From positions 1-63,202 of the forward strand of contig JAUYBY010000078.1 of assembly GCA_030692925.1 (NCBI GenBank): a DNA stretch of 63,202 bases, written 5' to 3'. Numbering within the stretch: position 1 is the first letter of the stretch; each line of letters starts with the position of its first letter. Positions 1 to 9,413 of the stretch are shown here, one piece after another. Under the pieces are notes generated by a model that made no database searches, had not been told where the DNA came from, and saw nothing but the letters and a program-made list of their open reading frames with translations. Origin of the DNA: Candidatus Zixiibacteriota bacterium (GTDB taxonomy: Bacteria > Zixibacteria > MSB-5A5 > RBG-16-43-9). The position numbers and the translations under genes were made by a program.

Positions 1-26
1 CCCTCTGAAAAATCTATCGCCTTCAT
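1..26 (-). CDS. 5' end of a gene running off the window (MKAIDFSE...), product unknown
   Basis: ATG at 26-24 preceded by a GGAGG Shine-Dalgarno (40-36); only 8 codons visible. Confidence 0.55.
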
Positions 27-376
27 AGGGTATATCCTCCTTTGTTAGATGTCTATCTTTCTTCCTATCACCTAACAGGATATACCCTATCTCTTTCTAA
101 TTCAAGCTATTAAAAATTTACACACAATAATTTACATAAACAGTGTATATCGAGGAGGTAGCATCTTTTCAACTCAATTCTCTTTGCACTGTGCTCGCCC
201 CAGACTCAACTCGTTGATTTACAATGTGATACCTGGCTAAATCGGGCAGCAAAACTTAAAGGACAAAAGATTAACAAAAAGCGGCTATTCTACGTATATT
301 TAAGTTGTTACTCAATTGCATCAGTTAGTTTATATAACTTTTTATCATTAGCTAACTTAGAGAGAGGTGACTTTGA

Positions 377-640
377 ATGACATCTGCCACAACCAATCTT
401 GAATTCCCTACCAAGCAGGGATTAACCGCAAGGAGACATAAAATAGACATCCTGTTAAAAAAAGCGGCCAAAGGGAATTTAAAAGCTAAAGAAAAATTAT
501 TAGATGAATACGGTATCAAAGTCTATTCATCTTCTGAAGTTGAGGAATACAAAAAGAGTAAATTGGATAGAAGAATAAGAAAGTTATCATTGCGGAGAGG
601 AAACAACGATAGCAGAAACCAGACAGTCAGAAACAAATAA
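377..640 (+). CDS. small basic hypothetical protein (87 aa)
   Basis: GAGGTG RBS upstream, Lys/Arg-rich ORF, followed by a terminator-like hairpin. Confidence 0.6.
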   Translation: MTSATTNLEFPTKQGLTARRHKIDILLKKAAKGNLKAKEKLLDEYGIKVYSSSEVEEYKKSKLDRRIRKLSLRRGNNDSRNQTVRNK

Positions 641-669
641 AAAAGATTTAAACTTATCTCGAAACAACT

Positions 670-700
670 GACCGGCTCTATTTGAGCAGGTCTTTCTTTT
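670..700 (+). terminator. probable intrinsic terminator between convergent genes
   Basis: GACC-GCTC/GAGC-GGTC imperfect stem followed by TTTCTTTT. Confidence 0.45.
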
Positions 701-705
701 GAGTC

Positions 706-3700
706 CTAAAACTCCGCGCCAAGGGAGAAGTAATGAATCGGTTTAGCAGATACGTTAGCAAAGTCCGTTTTCCAGCCCGCATCATACCTGAGCACAAATA
801 TACCTAAGTTTATCCTTGCCCCAAACCCGAATCCAGCTTTGATGTCTTTTAACCTGGAACTCCCTCCCTCAGAGGTTCCTCCCTGCCAGGCCTTAGTATT
901 GGTCCAGGCGCTTCCCAGGTCCAGAAACATCGCTCCGGTGATATACCTTAAACTAAAGGGAGGAAATCCGAAAGTTAAATTCTGAATAAAAGGATACCTG
1001 AATTCAAAATTGGACAGAAAATATCTGGTCCCCTTAAATTCGAAATACTCATAACCTCTTAACGGGGTAACCAGGCTCGAGAAATAAAGATCATTCAGAG
1101 TATAGATATTCTGAGTGGCTAAATCTGGACTGATCCAGCTGGAGACCCCTCCCAAGTAGAAATGCCGCGGCTGTTTACCGTCGCTTCTGCCTGCGGTGAG
1201 ACGGAAGGCAAATCCAAATCTGTTCTTGCCGAAATGCATATACCTTCTGTAATCCATCCACAGAGAAGTAAATGGGACGCTTCTGTCAGTCAGGTCAGGG
1301 GACCATTCGAAAGCGAAGATGCTTCTTCTGCCATTTACAGGCCCGGTTATCCCCCAGAGAACGTTATCCTGAACCCAGGACAGGCTGGCCAGGAGAACCT
1401 TGATGCTGTGATCTTCAAAGATCCCTTGCGGATTAGGATCGTAATATACCCGGTCAATGGAAAGATGCGTCGCGTTAAGGTCTATGCGGCTGAACTTATT
1501 AAACGGTCTGGACAAAAGCCCGGTAATTCCATAGAACCGATCAGAGAAAAGCCGGTCTATGTTGTCGACGTAATAATACTTGGTGTGAAAGATCCCCACT
1601 CCGTAATCGATCCTCCGGGGCAGATAAAAATAGAGAAGCTGGAAATTACTCTGGTCAATGGTATTGAAAAGGTCCGTGGCTAAAAAGAAATTATGGTTTC
1701 CCATCAGGTCCGAAATTGCCAGAAAAGACTGTCCCTGGAACCCGAAGAATGTGCTGTATCCAATGTTCCCTGAGATTATGTCCGGGGTAAATTTGAGTTT
1801 ATATTTTTTCGGTGTGTATTCCCCGGGATGAAACTTAGTGGTGAGGGTCTCTTTCTCCGCAGGGGTCAAAGGCTTGGCCAGCGAGTCCAGTTTATCCTCA
1901 GTGCTTTTGAACACATAATAACGTAAATCCAGCTTCTTTTCTTCTTTTGGCTCAGTTTTTTTCTGTGTGGTGTCTGGTGGAGCTTCTGCCGCTTTTTCTT
2001 TTTCTAAAATTAATGCAGTTTTCACCAGGGACGCACCATTCTCAGTAACCGGTTTTATATTTTTGAGAATGAAGATATCCCAGCCACCTTTATAAAAAGA
2101 GGTAAAAGCCATCTTATCCCCATCCTTAGACCAGGATGGCGTGAAACAGCCGGTCAATACATTGGTCAGGGGATAGGTTTTCAGGCTATCTAAATCCTGG
2201 ATATAAAGATTACTTATCCCGTTGCGGGTCGAGCTGAAACATACCCTTTTGCCATCTGAAGAGAAGTTAGGTGAGAGATTATCCTCCCCTCCCTGAGTGA
2301 AAGGTTTTATCTCTCTGGTAACCGGATCCAAGAGGAAGATGTTGTAATGACCATAGGTATAGGTGGAATCATTTTTTGCTCCTGAAGGACGATCCGAGGA
2401 GAAAGCTATGGTCTTCCCATCTGGACTCCAGGCTGCATCCCGGTCATCATAATCGTCATCCGTCAATTTTTGCAGGGTTCCGGTTTTAATGTCTGTTGCG
2501 TAAAGATCGGACCTCCCTTCCATCACACCTGTGAATACTATCTTTTCACCATCCGGGGACCAGGCTGGAGATAAGAGCGATTCCAAGTTAAACTTGAATT
2601 TCCTGTAGATTTTTTTCTTCTTTACGTCTACCAGACACAGAACATCTTTTCCGTGGCTCTTGGATACAAAGGTGATGTCCCTGCCATCCGGAGACCAGGA
2701 CAATCCGCTTACGTAGGAATGGAGAGATTCCAGATCGCCTGATCTTTCCCCTTTTACCACCTTATCTATCACTTTACCATCGATAGCCGAGATTATGTAG
2801 ATCTCGGTATAGTCCTTGCGATCGGAGAAGATGGCTATTCTGTCTCCCTGGGGCGAGAAGGCTGGTTTCTCATTCAGATAAGAACCATCTTTCTGATGGT
2901 TAGTCAACTGTTTGGCAAAATCCTTCGGTTCCTGTCTCAAAGCTATCTCTGGCCAGTACTCTCTCTTTAGATCTTTCATCCACTCCTCATTCAGCCCTTT
3001 TTCATCCAATCCGATGGCAGATTTGAGGCTCTTTTCAAAAGAGCGTTTGCTTTTAGCCTGGTGCAAAATCTCGGCAATCTTTTCCTGGCCGTATTTCTTG
3101 ATTATATATTGAATTGCAGACTGACCTTCTTTATACACTAAGAATCCTCCGGCTAATTCTAAGGGGATAAGGTAGCCGTTCACCGAACCATCCCTTAAAA
3201 TCATATCCCCTTCAATGTCCATACCTCCCCGGGAGAAATACTCAGCGAACCCTTCTGCGAACCACAGGGGTTCCTGGACATATTCGGCACTCAATAAATT
3301 CCCCACCAGGTTGCCGTAGAGCAGGTCGAAAGTAAACGCATGGGTCAGCTCATGGGTAAGCACATGCCTGAAATGCTCATACGAACCGTCAAAAGGGATC
3401 ACTACCCGGTTTTTGAAGGCTTCAGTAAACCCGCCCACGTTCTCCTCGATCAGCTCAGTGGTGACGTTGGTTTGTTGAAAAGTATTAGGGGAATTATACA
3501 GAATTATAGGGATCCTTTTCTTGGTTTGATAATTGAATATCTTTTCCAGACGAGGCGTAGCCTCCTCTAAGGTCTTGGCTGCAAACTTAGCTATGTCAAG
3601 CCCTAAATCGTAATAGTAGATGTCATAATGCTCGCTCTGGATGTAATACCAGGTGAAATACTGGTACTGGACCTTGTTCTTGCCAAAATTCAAGCCTTCT

Positions 3701-3780
3701 CCCTGACCCTGGGAAGATGAAGCTGTAAAACAAAAAATGAACACCCCTCCCAGAAGAATTACTATCATTTTCTTAAACAT
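706..3780 (-). CDS. Omp85/BamA-family outer-membrane protein with N-terminal zinc metallopeptidase (MA-like) domain and TolB/PD40 beta-propeller
   Basis: signal peptide; HELTH...W-F-A-E-G-F-A-E gluzincin motif; repeated WSPDG/FSPQG propeller motifs; LRGY barrel-loop motif; C-terminal FSLGAEF. Confidence 0.85.
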   Translation of the reverse strand: MFKKMIVILLGGVFIFCFTASSSQGQGEGLNFGKNKVQYQYFTWYYIQSEHYDIYYYDLGLDIAKFAAKTLEEATPRLEKIFNYQTKKRIPIILYNSPNTFQQTNVTTELIEENVGGFTEAFKNRVVIPFDGSYEHFRHVLTHELTHAFTFDLLYGNLVGNLLSAEYVQEPLWFAEGFAEYFSRGGMDIEGDMILRDGSVNGYLIPLELAGGFLVYKEGQSAIQYIIKKYGQEKIAEILHQAKSKRSFEKSLKSAIGLDEKGLNEEWMKDLKREYWPEIALRQEPKDFAKQLTNHQKDGSYLNEKPAFSPQGDRIAIFSDRKDYTEIYIISAIDGKVIDKVVKGERSGDLESLHSYVSGLSWSPDGRDITFVSKSHGKDVLCLVDVKKKKIYRKFKFNLESLLSPAWSPDGEKIVFTGVMEGRSDLYATDIKTGTLQKLTDDDYDDRDAAWSPDGKTIAFSSDRPSGAKNDSTYTYGHYNIFLLDPVTREIKPFTQGGEDNLSPNFSSDGKRVCFSSTRNGISNLYIQDLDSLKTYPLTNVLTGCFTPSWSKDGDKMAFTSFYKGGWDIFILKNIKPVTENGASLVKTALILEKEKAAEAPPDTTQKKTEPKEEKKLDLRYYVFKSTEDKLDSLAKPLTPAEKETLTTKFHPGEYTPKKYKLKFTPDIISGNIGYSTFFGFQGQSFLAISDLMGNHNFFLATDLFNTIDQSNFQLLYFYLPRRIDYGVGIFHTKYYYVDNIDRLFSDRFYGITGLLSRPFNKFSRIDLNATHLSIDRVYYDPNPQGIFEDHSIKVLLASLSWVQDNVLWGITGPVNGRRSIFAFEWSPDLTDRSVPFTSLWMDYRRYMHFGKNRFGFAFRLTAGRSDGKQPRHFYLGGVSSWISPDLATQNIYTLNDLYFSSLVTPLRGYEYFEFKGTRYFLSNFEFRYPFIQNLTFGFPPFSLRYITGAMFLDLGSAWTNTKAWQGGTSEGGSSRLKDIKAGFGFGARINLGIFVLRYDAGWKTDFANVSAKPIHYFSLGAEF

Positions 3781-3796
3781 AACTTAACCTTTGATT

Positions 3797-5059
3797 TTAA
3801 GTTTTCACCCTTTTTATCTCAGCCCCCAATCTGGAGAGCTTTTCTTCAAACCTTTCATACCCGCGGTCTATATGATAAACCCTCAGCACCTCTGTCTGGT
3901 CTTCGGCTGATAGTCCAGCCAAGACTAAAGCTGCGCCTGCCCGGATGTCTGATGCCATCACCGAGGCGCCTTTCAATTTAGACACTCCGTTTACTGTAGC
4001 CTTATCGCCGCTGATCTTTATGTCAGCCCCCAACCTGATCAGCTCCATCACATGGGCAAACCTGTCCTCAAAAACGGTCTCCCGGATATAGCTTGAGCCG
4101 GAAGCTGTACTGGCTAAGGTCATCAAAGAAGCCTGAAGATCTGTAGGGAAGCCGGGAAAAGGGAAAGTGGTAACCGAGACTGGCTTGAGCCTGGAAGGAC
4201 CTTTAACCATAATCTTTTTTCGGTTCAGACTGATATCCACACCCATCTCCCTCATTTTGAGGATCACCATATCCAGATGTTCTGGAATGAAATCTTTTAT
4301 CTCCAAATAACCCGAGGTCAAAGCCGCCGCCATCATAAAGGTCCCGGCTTCCAAGCGGTCTTTAATGCAGGTATGTTCAACCTCTTTTAGTTTTTTCACC
4401 CCGGTTATCTGCATGGCTGAGGAGCCCGCTCCATCAATTTTGGCTCCCATTGCGTTTAGAAAATTCGCCAGGTCCACTACCTCCGGATCGCAAGCTGCAT
4501 TTACCAGGGTGGTTTTCCCCTCAGCCAGGCAGGCAGAGGTCATCACATTCTCAGTCCCTGTATGGCTGGGCCTGTCAAAATAGATAATATTTCCTTTAAG
4601 CTTTTCAGCAGACGCGATTACATACCCGTGTTCTTCTTCGATCTTTGCGCCCAGAGCTTGAAAACCAGACAGATGAAGATTAACTGGCCTTGGACCCAGC
4701 ACACATCCTCCTGGAAGTGAGACCTTAGCTTTTCCGCCTCGGGCTAAAAGGGGACCCATAACTAAAAACGAGGCTCTCATCTTTCTGACCAGGTCATAAG
4801 GAGCCTCAAAGGAGGTAAGGTTCTCAGCATTCACTGTAACGGTTCTCTCCTTAGTATCCCTGGTGATCCTTGCCCCTAAGTGCTCCAAAACTTTGAGCAT
4901 TGCATCTATGTCGGAGAGGTTAGGCACATTGTGAATCACCGATTCCCCTTTGTCCAAAAGCAAAGCTGCGGCTAAAATTGGAAGAGCTGAATTTTTGGAA
5001 CCAGATATTTCCACTGAGCCTGAAAGCTTTTTTCCCCCCTGAATCATGAATTTATCCAT
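3797..5059 (-). CDS. murA: UDP-N-acetylglucosamine 1-carboxyvinyltransferase
   Basis: SGSKNSALP, LPGGCVLGPRP (active Cys), PGFPTDLQ, HIDRGYE motifs. Confidence 0.97.
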   Translation of the reverse strand: MDKFMIQGGKKLSGSVEISGSKNSALPILAAALLLDKGESVIHNVPNLSDIDAMLKVLEHLGARITRDTKERTVTVNAENLTSFEAPYDLVRKMRASFLVMGPLLARGGKAKVSLPGGCVLGPRPVNLHLSGFQALGAKIEEEHGYVIASAEKLKGNIIYFDRPSHTGTENVMTSACLAEGKTTLVNAACDPEVVDLANFLNAMGAKIDGAGSSAMQITGVKKLKEVEHTCIKDRLEAGTFMMAAALTSGYLEIKDFIPEHLDMVILKMREMGVDISLNRKKIMVKGPSRLKPVSVTTFPFPGFPTDLQASLMTLASTASGSSYIRETVFEDRFAHVMELIRLGADIKISGDKATVNGVSKLKGASVMASDIRAGAALVLAGLSAEDQTEVLRVYHIDRGYERFEEKLSRLGAEIKRVKT

Positions 5060-5172
5060 AGTTCCGCACCTGAGGTTTCAAATTTAATACGTTATCTTTC
5101 AGAACAAATCAAAATCTACCGCCAGATAAATTAACTTTTTTAAACTTTTAGTCAAGGATTCTTTTTTTGTTT

Positions 5173-5447
5173 GTAGGGTCAGACCACCCCTTCGACCTTG
5201 CTCAGGACGATGAGCTTGTCGAATCGCGTGTCTGCCCTCCTTCCTGCAAACGTTTGACTCCGAAGGAACAAACAATCTCGCAGGTCTGTTTAGAATGGTA
5301 GGGGCTGGACTTCTCTGCCCCAATACCTGGGCGAGGGGACCTCGCCCCTACAGGAGTTCCTTAAATTGATTACAGGATATGTAGGGGCGTATTACAGTTC
5401 GACCGGCTCACTGCTCTGAACGAAGTCGAAGAGCAATACGCCCCTAC
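5173..5447. repeat. cluster of GTAG-type REP-like palindromes, two of them with TTCGAC...GTCGAA inserts in their loops
   Basis: e.g. GGGCGAGGGGACCTCGCCCCTAC (~5329) and GTAGGGGCGTATT...AATACGCCCCTAC (5381-5447); related copies elsewhere in the window. Confidence 0.75.
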
Positions 5448-5548
5448 TATTGGATTATACCCGAAGCTACGACTTATACCCAAAGTAAATTTCTTTCTTA
5501 AGAAACATTTCAATTGCCTGCTCCTCTATTTTGTATTATATAATTGTT

Positions 5549-6274
5549 ATGAAAGATTCAATTTATTTTATCTCCGATGCTCATCTTGGCTCGAATTCAC
5601 CGGAAAAGGAAAGATTGAAGGAAAAAAGGTTACTCGATTTTCTTGAGCATATCAAGGATGACTGTCAAGCTTTGTACATCTTAGGAGACCTGTTCGAATT
5701 CTGGTTCGAGTACAAAAATGCCATCCCCAAAGAACATTTCCCGGTTCTGATGAAGCTTAAAAAATTTACGGACTCAGGTATACCTGTAACTTACTCAGTT
5801 GGAAATCACGATTTCTGGCTGGGAGATTTTCTCTCTGAACAGATAGGAATAAAGATAGTCAAAAAACCAATCTCAGTTGAACATCAGGGCAAGAGGATCT
5901 ATCTTATCCACGGTGACGGCTTAGCCAAAAAAGATACAGGTTACCGGATTCTGAAAAAAATCTTAAGAAACAGAGTCAATATCTGGCTCTACAGACTCAT
6001 ACCACCTGACCTCGGAATCCCTTTAGCCAAAAAAGTAGCCTCCTTCAGCCGGGACAAAACTCAATCCAGAGATAAGGAATTTCTCAGAGATTATGAGGAG
6101 TTTGCTGAGGAGAAAATCAAGCAAGGGTATGATGCTGTGATAATCGGGCACACGCACCAGCCCTGCTTTGAGGAACTGGATAAAGGGATTTACATCAACT
6201 TAGGCGACTGGTTTGAGCATTTCACCTATGGGAAGTTGACTAAGGAGAAATTTGATTTATTGGAATATAAGTAG
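5549..6274 (+). CDS. lpxH: UDP-2,3-diacylglucosamine diphosphatase (calcineurin-like metallophosphoesterase)
   Basis: FISDAHLG, LGDLFEFW, GNHD, HGD, GHTH, NLGDW motifs; ATG at 5549 preferred over the TTG at 5531. Confidence 0.85.
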   Translation: MKDSIYFISDAHLGSNSPEKERLKEKRLLDFLEHIKDDCQALYILGDLFEFWFEYKNAIPKEHFPVLMKLKKFTDSGIPVTYSVGNHDFWLGDFLSEQIGIKIVKKPISVEHQGKRIYLIHGDGLAKKDTGYRILKKILRNRVNIWLYRLIPPDLGIPLAKKVASFSRDKTQSRDKEFLRDYEEFAEEKIKQGYDAVIIGHTHQPCFEELDKGIYINLGDWFEHFTYGKLTKEKFDLLEYK

Positions 6275-6349
6275 GTCACCCATCTCCGCCTGAGGCGGAG
6301 TGGTTGACAACATATATCTCCCTCCAGGTCAGGGGACCTGGCGGGCACA

Positions 6350-6431
6350 GAGAGAGCAAAAAAGGAACAGATATTGCAACAGTTAGAGAAAATGAAAAAA
6401 GAGGTTCGATATCAATAAGAGAGGGATCTAA
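6350..6431 (+). pseudogene. probable 3' remnant of a polymorphic toxin gene
   Basis: reads ERAKKEQILQQLEKMKKE; a +1 shift continues FDINKRGI* ending at the TAA that abuts the next ATG; no start codon upstream of the remnant. Confidence 0.4.
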
Positions 6432-7058
6432 ATGAGTCACACATTTTATAATTTGATCTACTCTGAGGATTTGCCAGACAGTTATTTTGCGGAATGGTCG
6501 CATGAAGATATTGAATTAGAAGGTATAAAATGTACAATTGATGAGGGGCATCAAAGGGCAGGTAGACGACTTAGCGACTTAACTGTAATTCTAAGGACAC
6601 CCAAGGTATTGGAGTTTGATTTCATTTGGACATGGATGAGCGAACCTCTTATTAATGAAAGGGTAATTAAGATTTTTAAAGAAAATAAACTCACGGGATA
6701 TAGTTTACGTCCGGTAACAATTAAAAGAATTAAAAGATTTAAAGGCAATCTTTCTACTATCCCTAAATTTTGGGAGCTTGTGATAACAGGCAAGGGCGGA
6801 TATGCACATCCTAACTCTGGCATAAAGTTAAAAGATGAATGCAAGGCTTGTGGGTCAAAAACATATTCTGCATATGAGCATGGAATAATAGTAGATGAGA
6901 AAAACTGGGATGGGTCTGATTTTTTTAGAATAATAGAATGGCCAAGAATTCTTGTCATCGAAAAAGTCAAACAGATAATAGAAAACTATAAGATAACAAA
7001 TGTTGAACTGATCCCTTCCCAAGACCTCAAATGGCCAGAGGGTGTAATAAAACCTTAG
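6432..7058 (+). CDS. putative polymorphic-toxin immunity protein (DUF1629/Imm11-like, CXXCG motif)
   Basis: LINERVIKIF..ENKLTG, CKACG, WDGSDFFR, ILVIEKVKQII..ITNVEL motifs; visibly AT-rich. Confidence 0.6.
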   Translation: MSHTFYNLIYSEDLPDSYFAEWSHEDIELEGIKCTIDEGHQRAGRRLSDLTVILRTPKVLEFDFIWTWMSEPLINERVIKIFKENKLTGYSLRPVTIKRIKRFKGNLSTIPKFWELVITGKGGYAHPNSGIKLKDECKACGSKTYSAYEHGIIVDEKNWDGSDFFRIIEWPRILVIEKVKQIIENYKITNVELIPSQDLKWPEGVIKP

Positions 7059-7303
7059 ATATTAAGCAATGATTTTTTCTTTTTACAGAATTGTTACTTC
7101 TATTTTTTGGTGGTTATATAAAGTAAAGATGGGATAATATAAAGAAGTTTCTCTGGGTTTCATCTTTGCCTCAAGGATCATTTAGGTTCAACCAGGGTGA
7201 TAGTGGATACAACCGGGGCTATCACAGCCAAATGTTTTACAATCAGCAAAATTTATATTTTGTCAAGCAGTCCTTCGGACATGCTTGACCTACAAAGCTT
7301 TTT

Positions 7304-7798
7304 TTATTTCCTCAAACTCTTCTTCAGATGTTCGATCAGCCCCCCATCCTCCAGTATCCCCATTACTATTTCAGGCAGTGGAGGAAAAGGAATCTTCGTG
7401 TTTTGAGTTACGATCTCGCCTTTGACGTAGTCAACAGTTATGATTTCTCCTTCTTTAAGCAGATCATAAGCCTCTTTAGATTGAACTAAAGCCAGCCCCT
7501 GATTGATGGCATTCCTGAAAAAAATCCTGGAAAAAGATTTAGCAATTACACAGGATATCCCTGCAAATTTCAAAGAGGTTGCTGCCTGCTCTCTGGAAGA
7601 CCCGCAGCCAAAATTCGAGCCACCCAGGATGATGTCTCCTTTCTGAATCTTATCAGGGAAATCTTTATCATAACCTTCTAAAGCATGTTTAGCCATCTCC
7701 TGAGGATCAAGGATCGGAAGACACTTTCCCGGATAGATGACATCTGTATCGATGTTATCCCCTAATTTCCAGACCCTTCCTTTAATCTCTTTTAACAT
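7304..7798 (-). CDS. leuD: 3-isopropylmalate dehydratase/homoaconitase small subunit
   Basis: DNIDTDVIYPG, NFGCGSSREQA, SFSRIFFRNAIN, GGL motifs. Confidence 0.9.
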   Translation of the reverse strand: MLKEIKGRVWKLGDNIDTDVIYPGKCLPILDPQEMAKHALEGYDKDFPDKIQKGDIILGGSNFGCGSSREQAATSLKFAGISCVIAKSFSRIFFRNAINQGLALVQSKEAYDLLKEGEIITVDYVKGEIVTQNTKIPFPPLPEIVMGILEDGGLIEHLKKSLRK

Positions 7799-7810
7799 CG
7801 AAGTCGAGCC

Positions 7811-9409
7811 TCACTTTTTAAGAAAATCCCTTGGGTCCGAGATCTCGCCTCTGATGGCTGTGGCGGCTGCAGTAGCCGGGCTTGCTAAGTAGACCTCAGA
7901 TTCAGGCGAGCCCATCCTTCCTTTGAAATTCCGGTTAGTTGTGGCCAGGCACCTCTCCCCTTTTGCCAGTAACCCCTCATGTGCGCCCAAACAGGGACCG
8001 CATCCCGGGTTCAGCACCACGCAATTTGCTTCCAGAAATGTTTTGATCATTCCTCTTTTCAATGCTTCTAAGTAGATAGATTTTGAGCCAGGCAGAACCA
8101 GCATTCTGGTATCCGGGTGAACTTTTTTCCCTTTGAGCAGACGGGCAGCAATCTCCAGGTCATCTATCCTTCCATTTGTGCAGGAACCTAATAAAACCTG
8201 ATCTATCTTTATCCCTTTGACTTCATCAATCGACTTAACGTTATCCACGTTATGCGGGCAGGCAACCTGTGGCTCTAACCGGCTGATATTATATTCGTAT
8301 TCATTCTCATAGATGGCATTTTCATCCGCATATATAGGTTGATAGCTCCTCTTAGCTCTACCTTTAAGATATTTTTTTGTTACGTTATCAAAAGGAACGA
8401 TAGCGAATTTCCCTCCCATCTCCATAGAAAGGTTAGCCAGTGTGAACCTTTCAGAGATGGACATATTCTCAACCGTATCCCCGTAGAACTCAACTGATTT
8501 ATAATTTGCTCCTTCAACTGTCAACTCTCCGATTATATAAAGGATTGCATCTTTGGCATATACCCCAAGAGGAAGTCTGCCATTAATAGTCAGTTTCAAG
8601 CTTTCAGGAACCCTTAGCCAGATTTTGCCAGTGGCCCAGACTGCTGCCATTTCAGTGGCACCTATTCCGGTTGACAGGGCACCCAAACAGCCGTATGAGG
8701 TGGTGTGTGAATCTGTTCCAACTGCTAACTCTCCTGGAAGGATATGTCCTTTTTCTATCACTACCTGATGGCAGACCCCCTCCTTTATGTCATAGAAATT
8801 TTTTATTCCTTGTTCTTTGACAAATAGCCTGATCGAGCGGTGGGCTTCTGCTGTTCTCTCAGACTCGGCTGGTGCACGGTGGTCTAAAGGTATGACTATC
8901 TTATCCGGGTTCCATACTTTGGTGACACCTATCTCCCTGAACTGCTTTATCACCAGACCAGCATTATCGTGGCTCATAGCCAGGTCCGGCTCAACGTAGA
9001 CAATTTCCCCTACCTGAACTCCACTCTTTCCTATTTTTAGAGCCAGCCCTTTCTGCGCAATGGTGAGTCCCCTGTTTTTCCCCCTGCCAGCTCCGGGAAG
9101 CGTGAACTCAAGCTGAGCCAATTTCAGAACTTTAGGCTTCTCTAAGAGATTATATTTCCTTCTCCATTTGTAAAAAGCCGCCTTGGAGATGGAAAGCTCA
9201 TTCCCGGCTTTCCGGTCATCCCCATAAGTTTCCCAGAGCTCTTTTACCCTTTCAAAACTGTATTTAGGAAGGGAGTGCTTGGGTATTTTCTTTTTCCTTC
9301 TCCAGTAGGCTACCAGATAAGCTGGAACCCCTAAGACCTGTCCGATCTTCTTGTCAGTTTTATACTGAGCCTGAAGTTTTAAAAGCTCTTCTTTCTTCGG
9401 AATTCTCAT
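7811..9409 (-). CDS. leuC: 3-isopropylmalate dehydratase/homoaconitase large subunit with ~110-aa N-terminal tandem HTH-like extension
   Basis: DH, GVCHQ, GTDSHT, GSCTNGR, PGCGPCLG, NRNFKGRMG motifs; extra N-terminal domain with two WRRK-ending repeats; substrate not established. Confidence 0.85.
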   Translation of the reverse strand: MRIPKKEELLKLQAQYKTDKKIGQVLGVPAYLVAYWRRKKKIPKHSLPKYSFERVKELWETYGDDRKAGNELSISKAAFYKWRRKYNLLEKPKVLKLAQLEFTLPGAGRGKNRGLTIAQKGLALKIGKSGVQVGEIVYVEPDLAMSHDNAGLVIKQFREIGVTKVWNPDKIVIPLDHRAPAESERTAEAHRSIRLFVKEQGIKNFYDIKEGVCHQVVIEKGHILPGELAVGTDSHTTSYGCLGALSTGIGATEMAAVWATGKIWLRVPESLKLTINGRLPLGVYAKDAILYIIGELTVEGANYKSVEFYGDTVENMSISERFTLANLSMEMGGKFAIVPFDNVTKKYLKGRAKRSYQPIYADENAIYENEYEYNISRLEPQVACPHNVDNVKSIDEVKGIKIDQVLLGSCTNGRIDDLEIAARLLKGKKVHPDTRMLVLPGSKSIYLEALKRGMIKTFLEANCVVLNPGCGPCLGAHEGLLAKGERCLATTNRNFKGRMGSPESEVYLASPATAAATAIRGEISDPRDFLKK

Positions 9410-9413
9410 CTGG

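Noticed and set aside
1162-1683. Long antisense or alternative-frame ORFs inside genes (also 18129-18590, 43124-43678, 56159-56647 and others)
   Set aside because: Shadow ORFs of well-supported genes, with no motifs of their own
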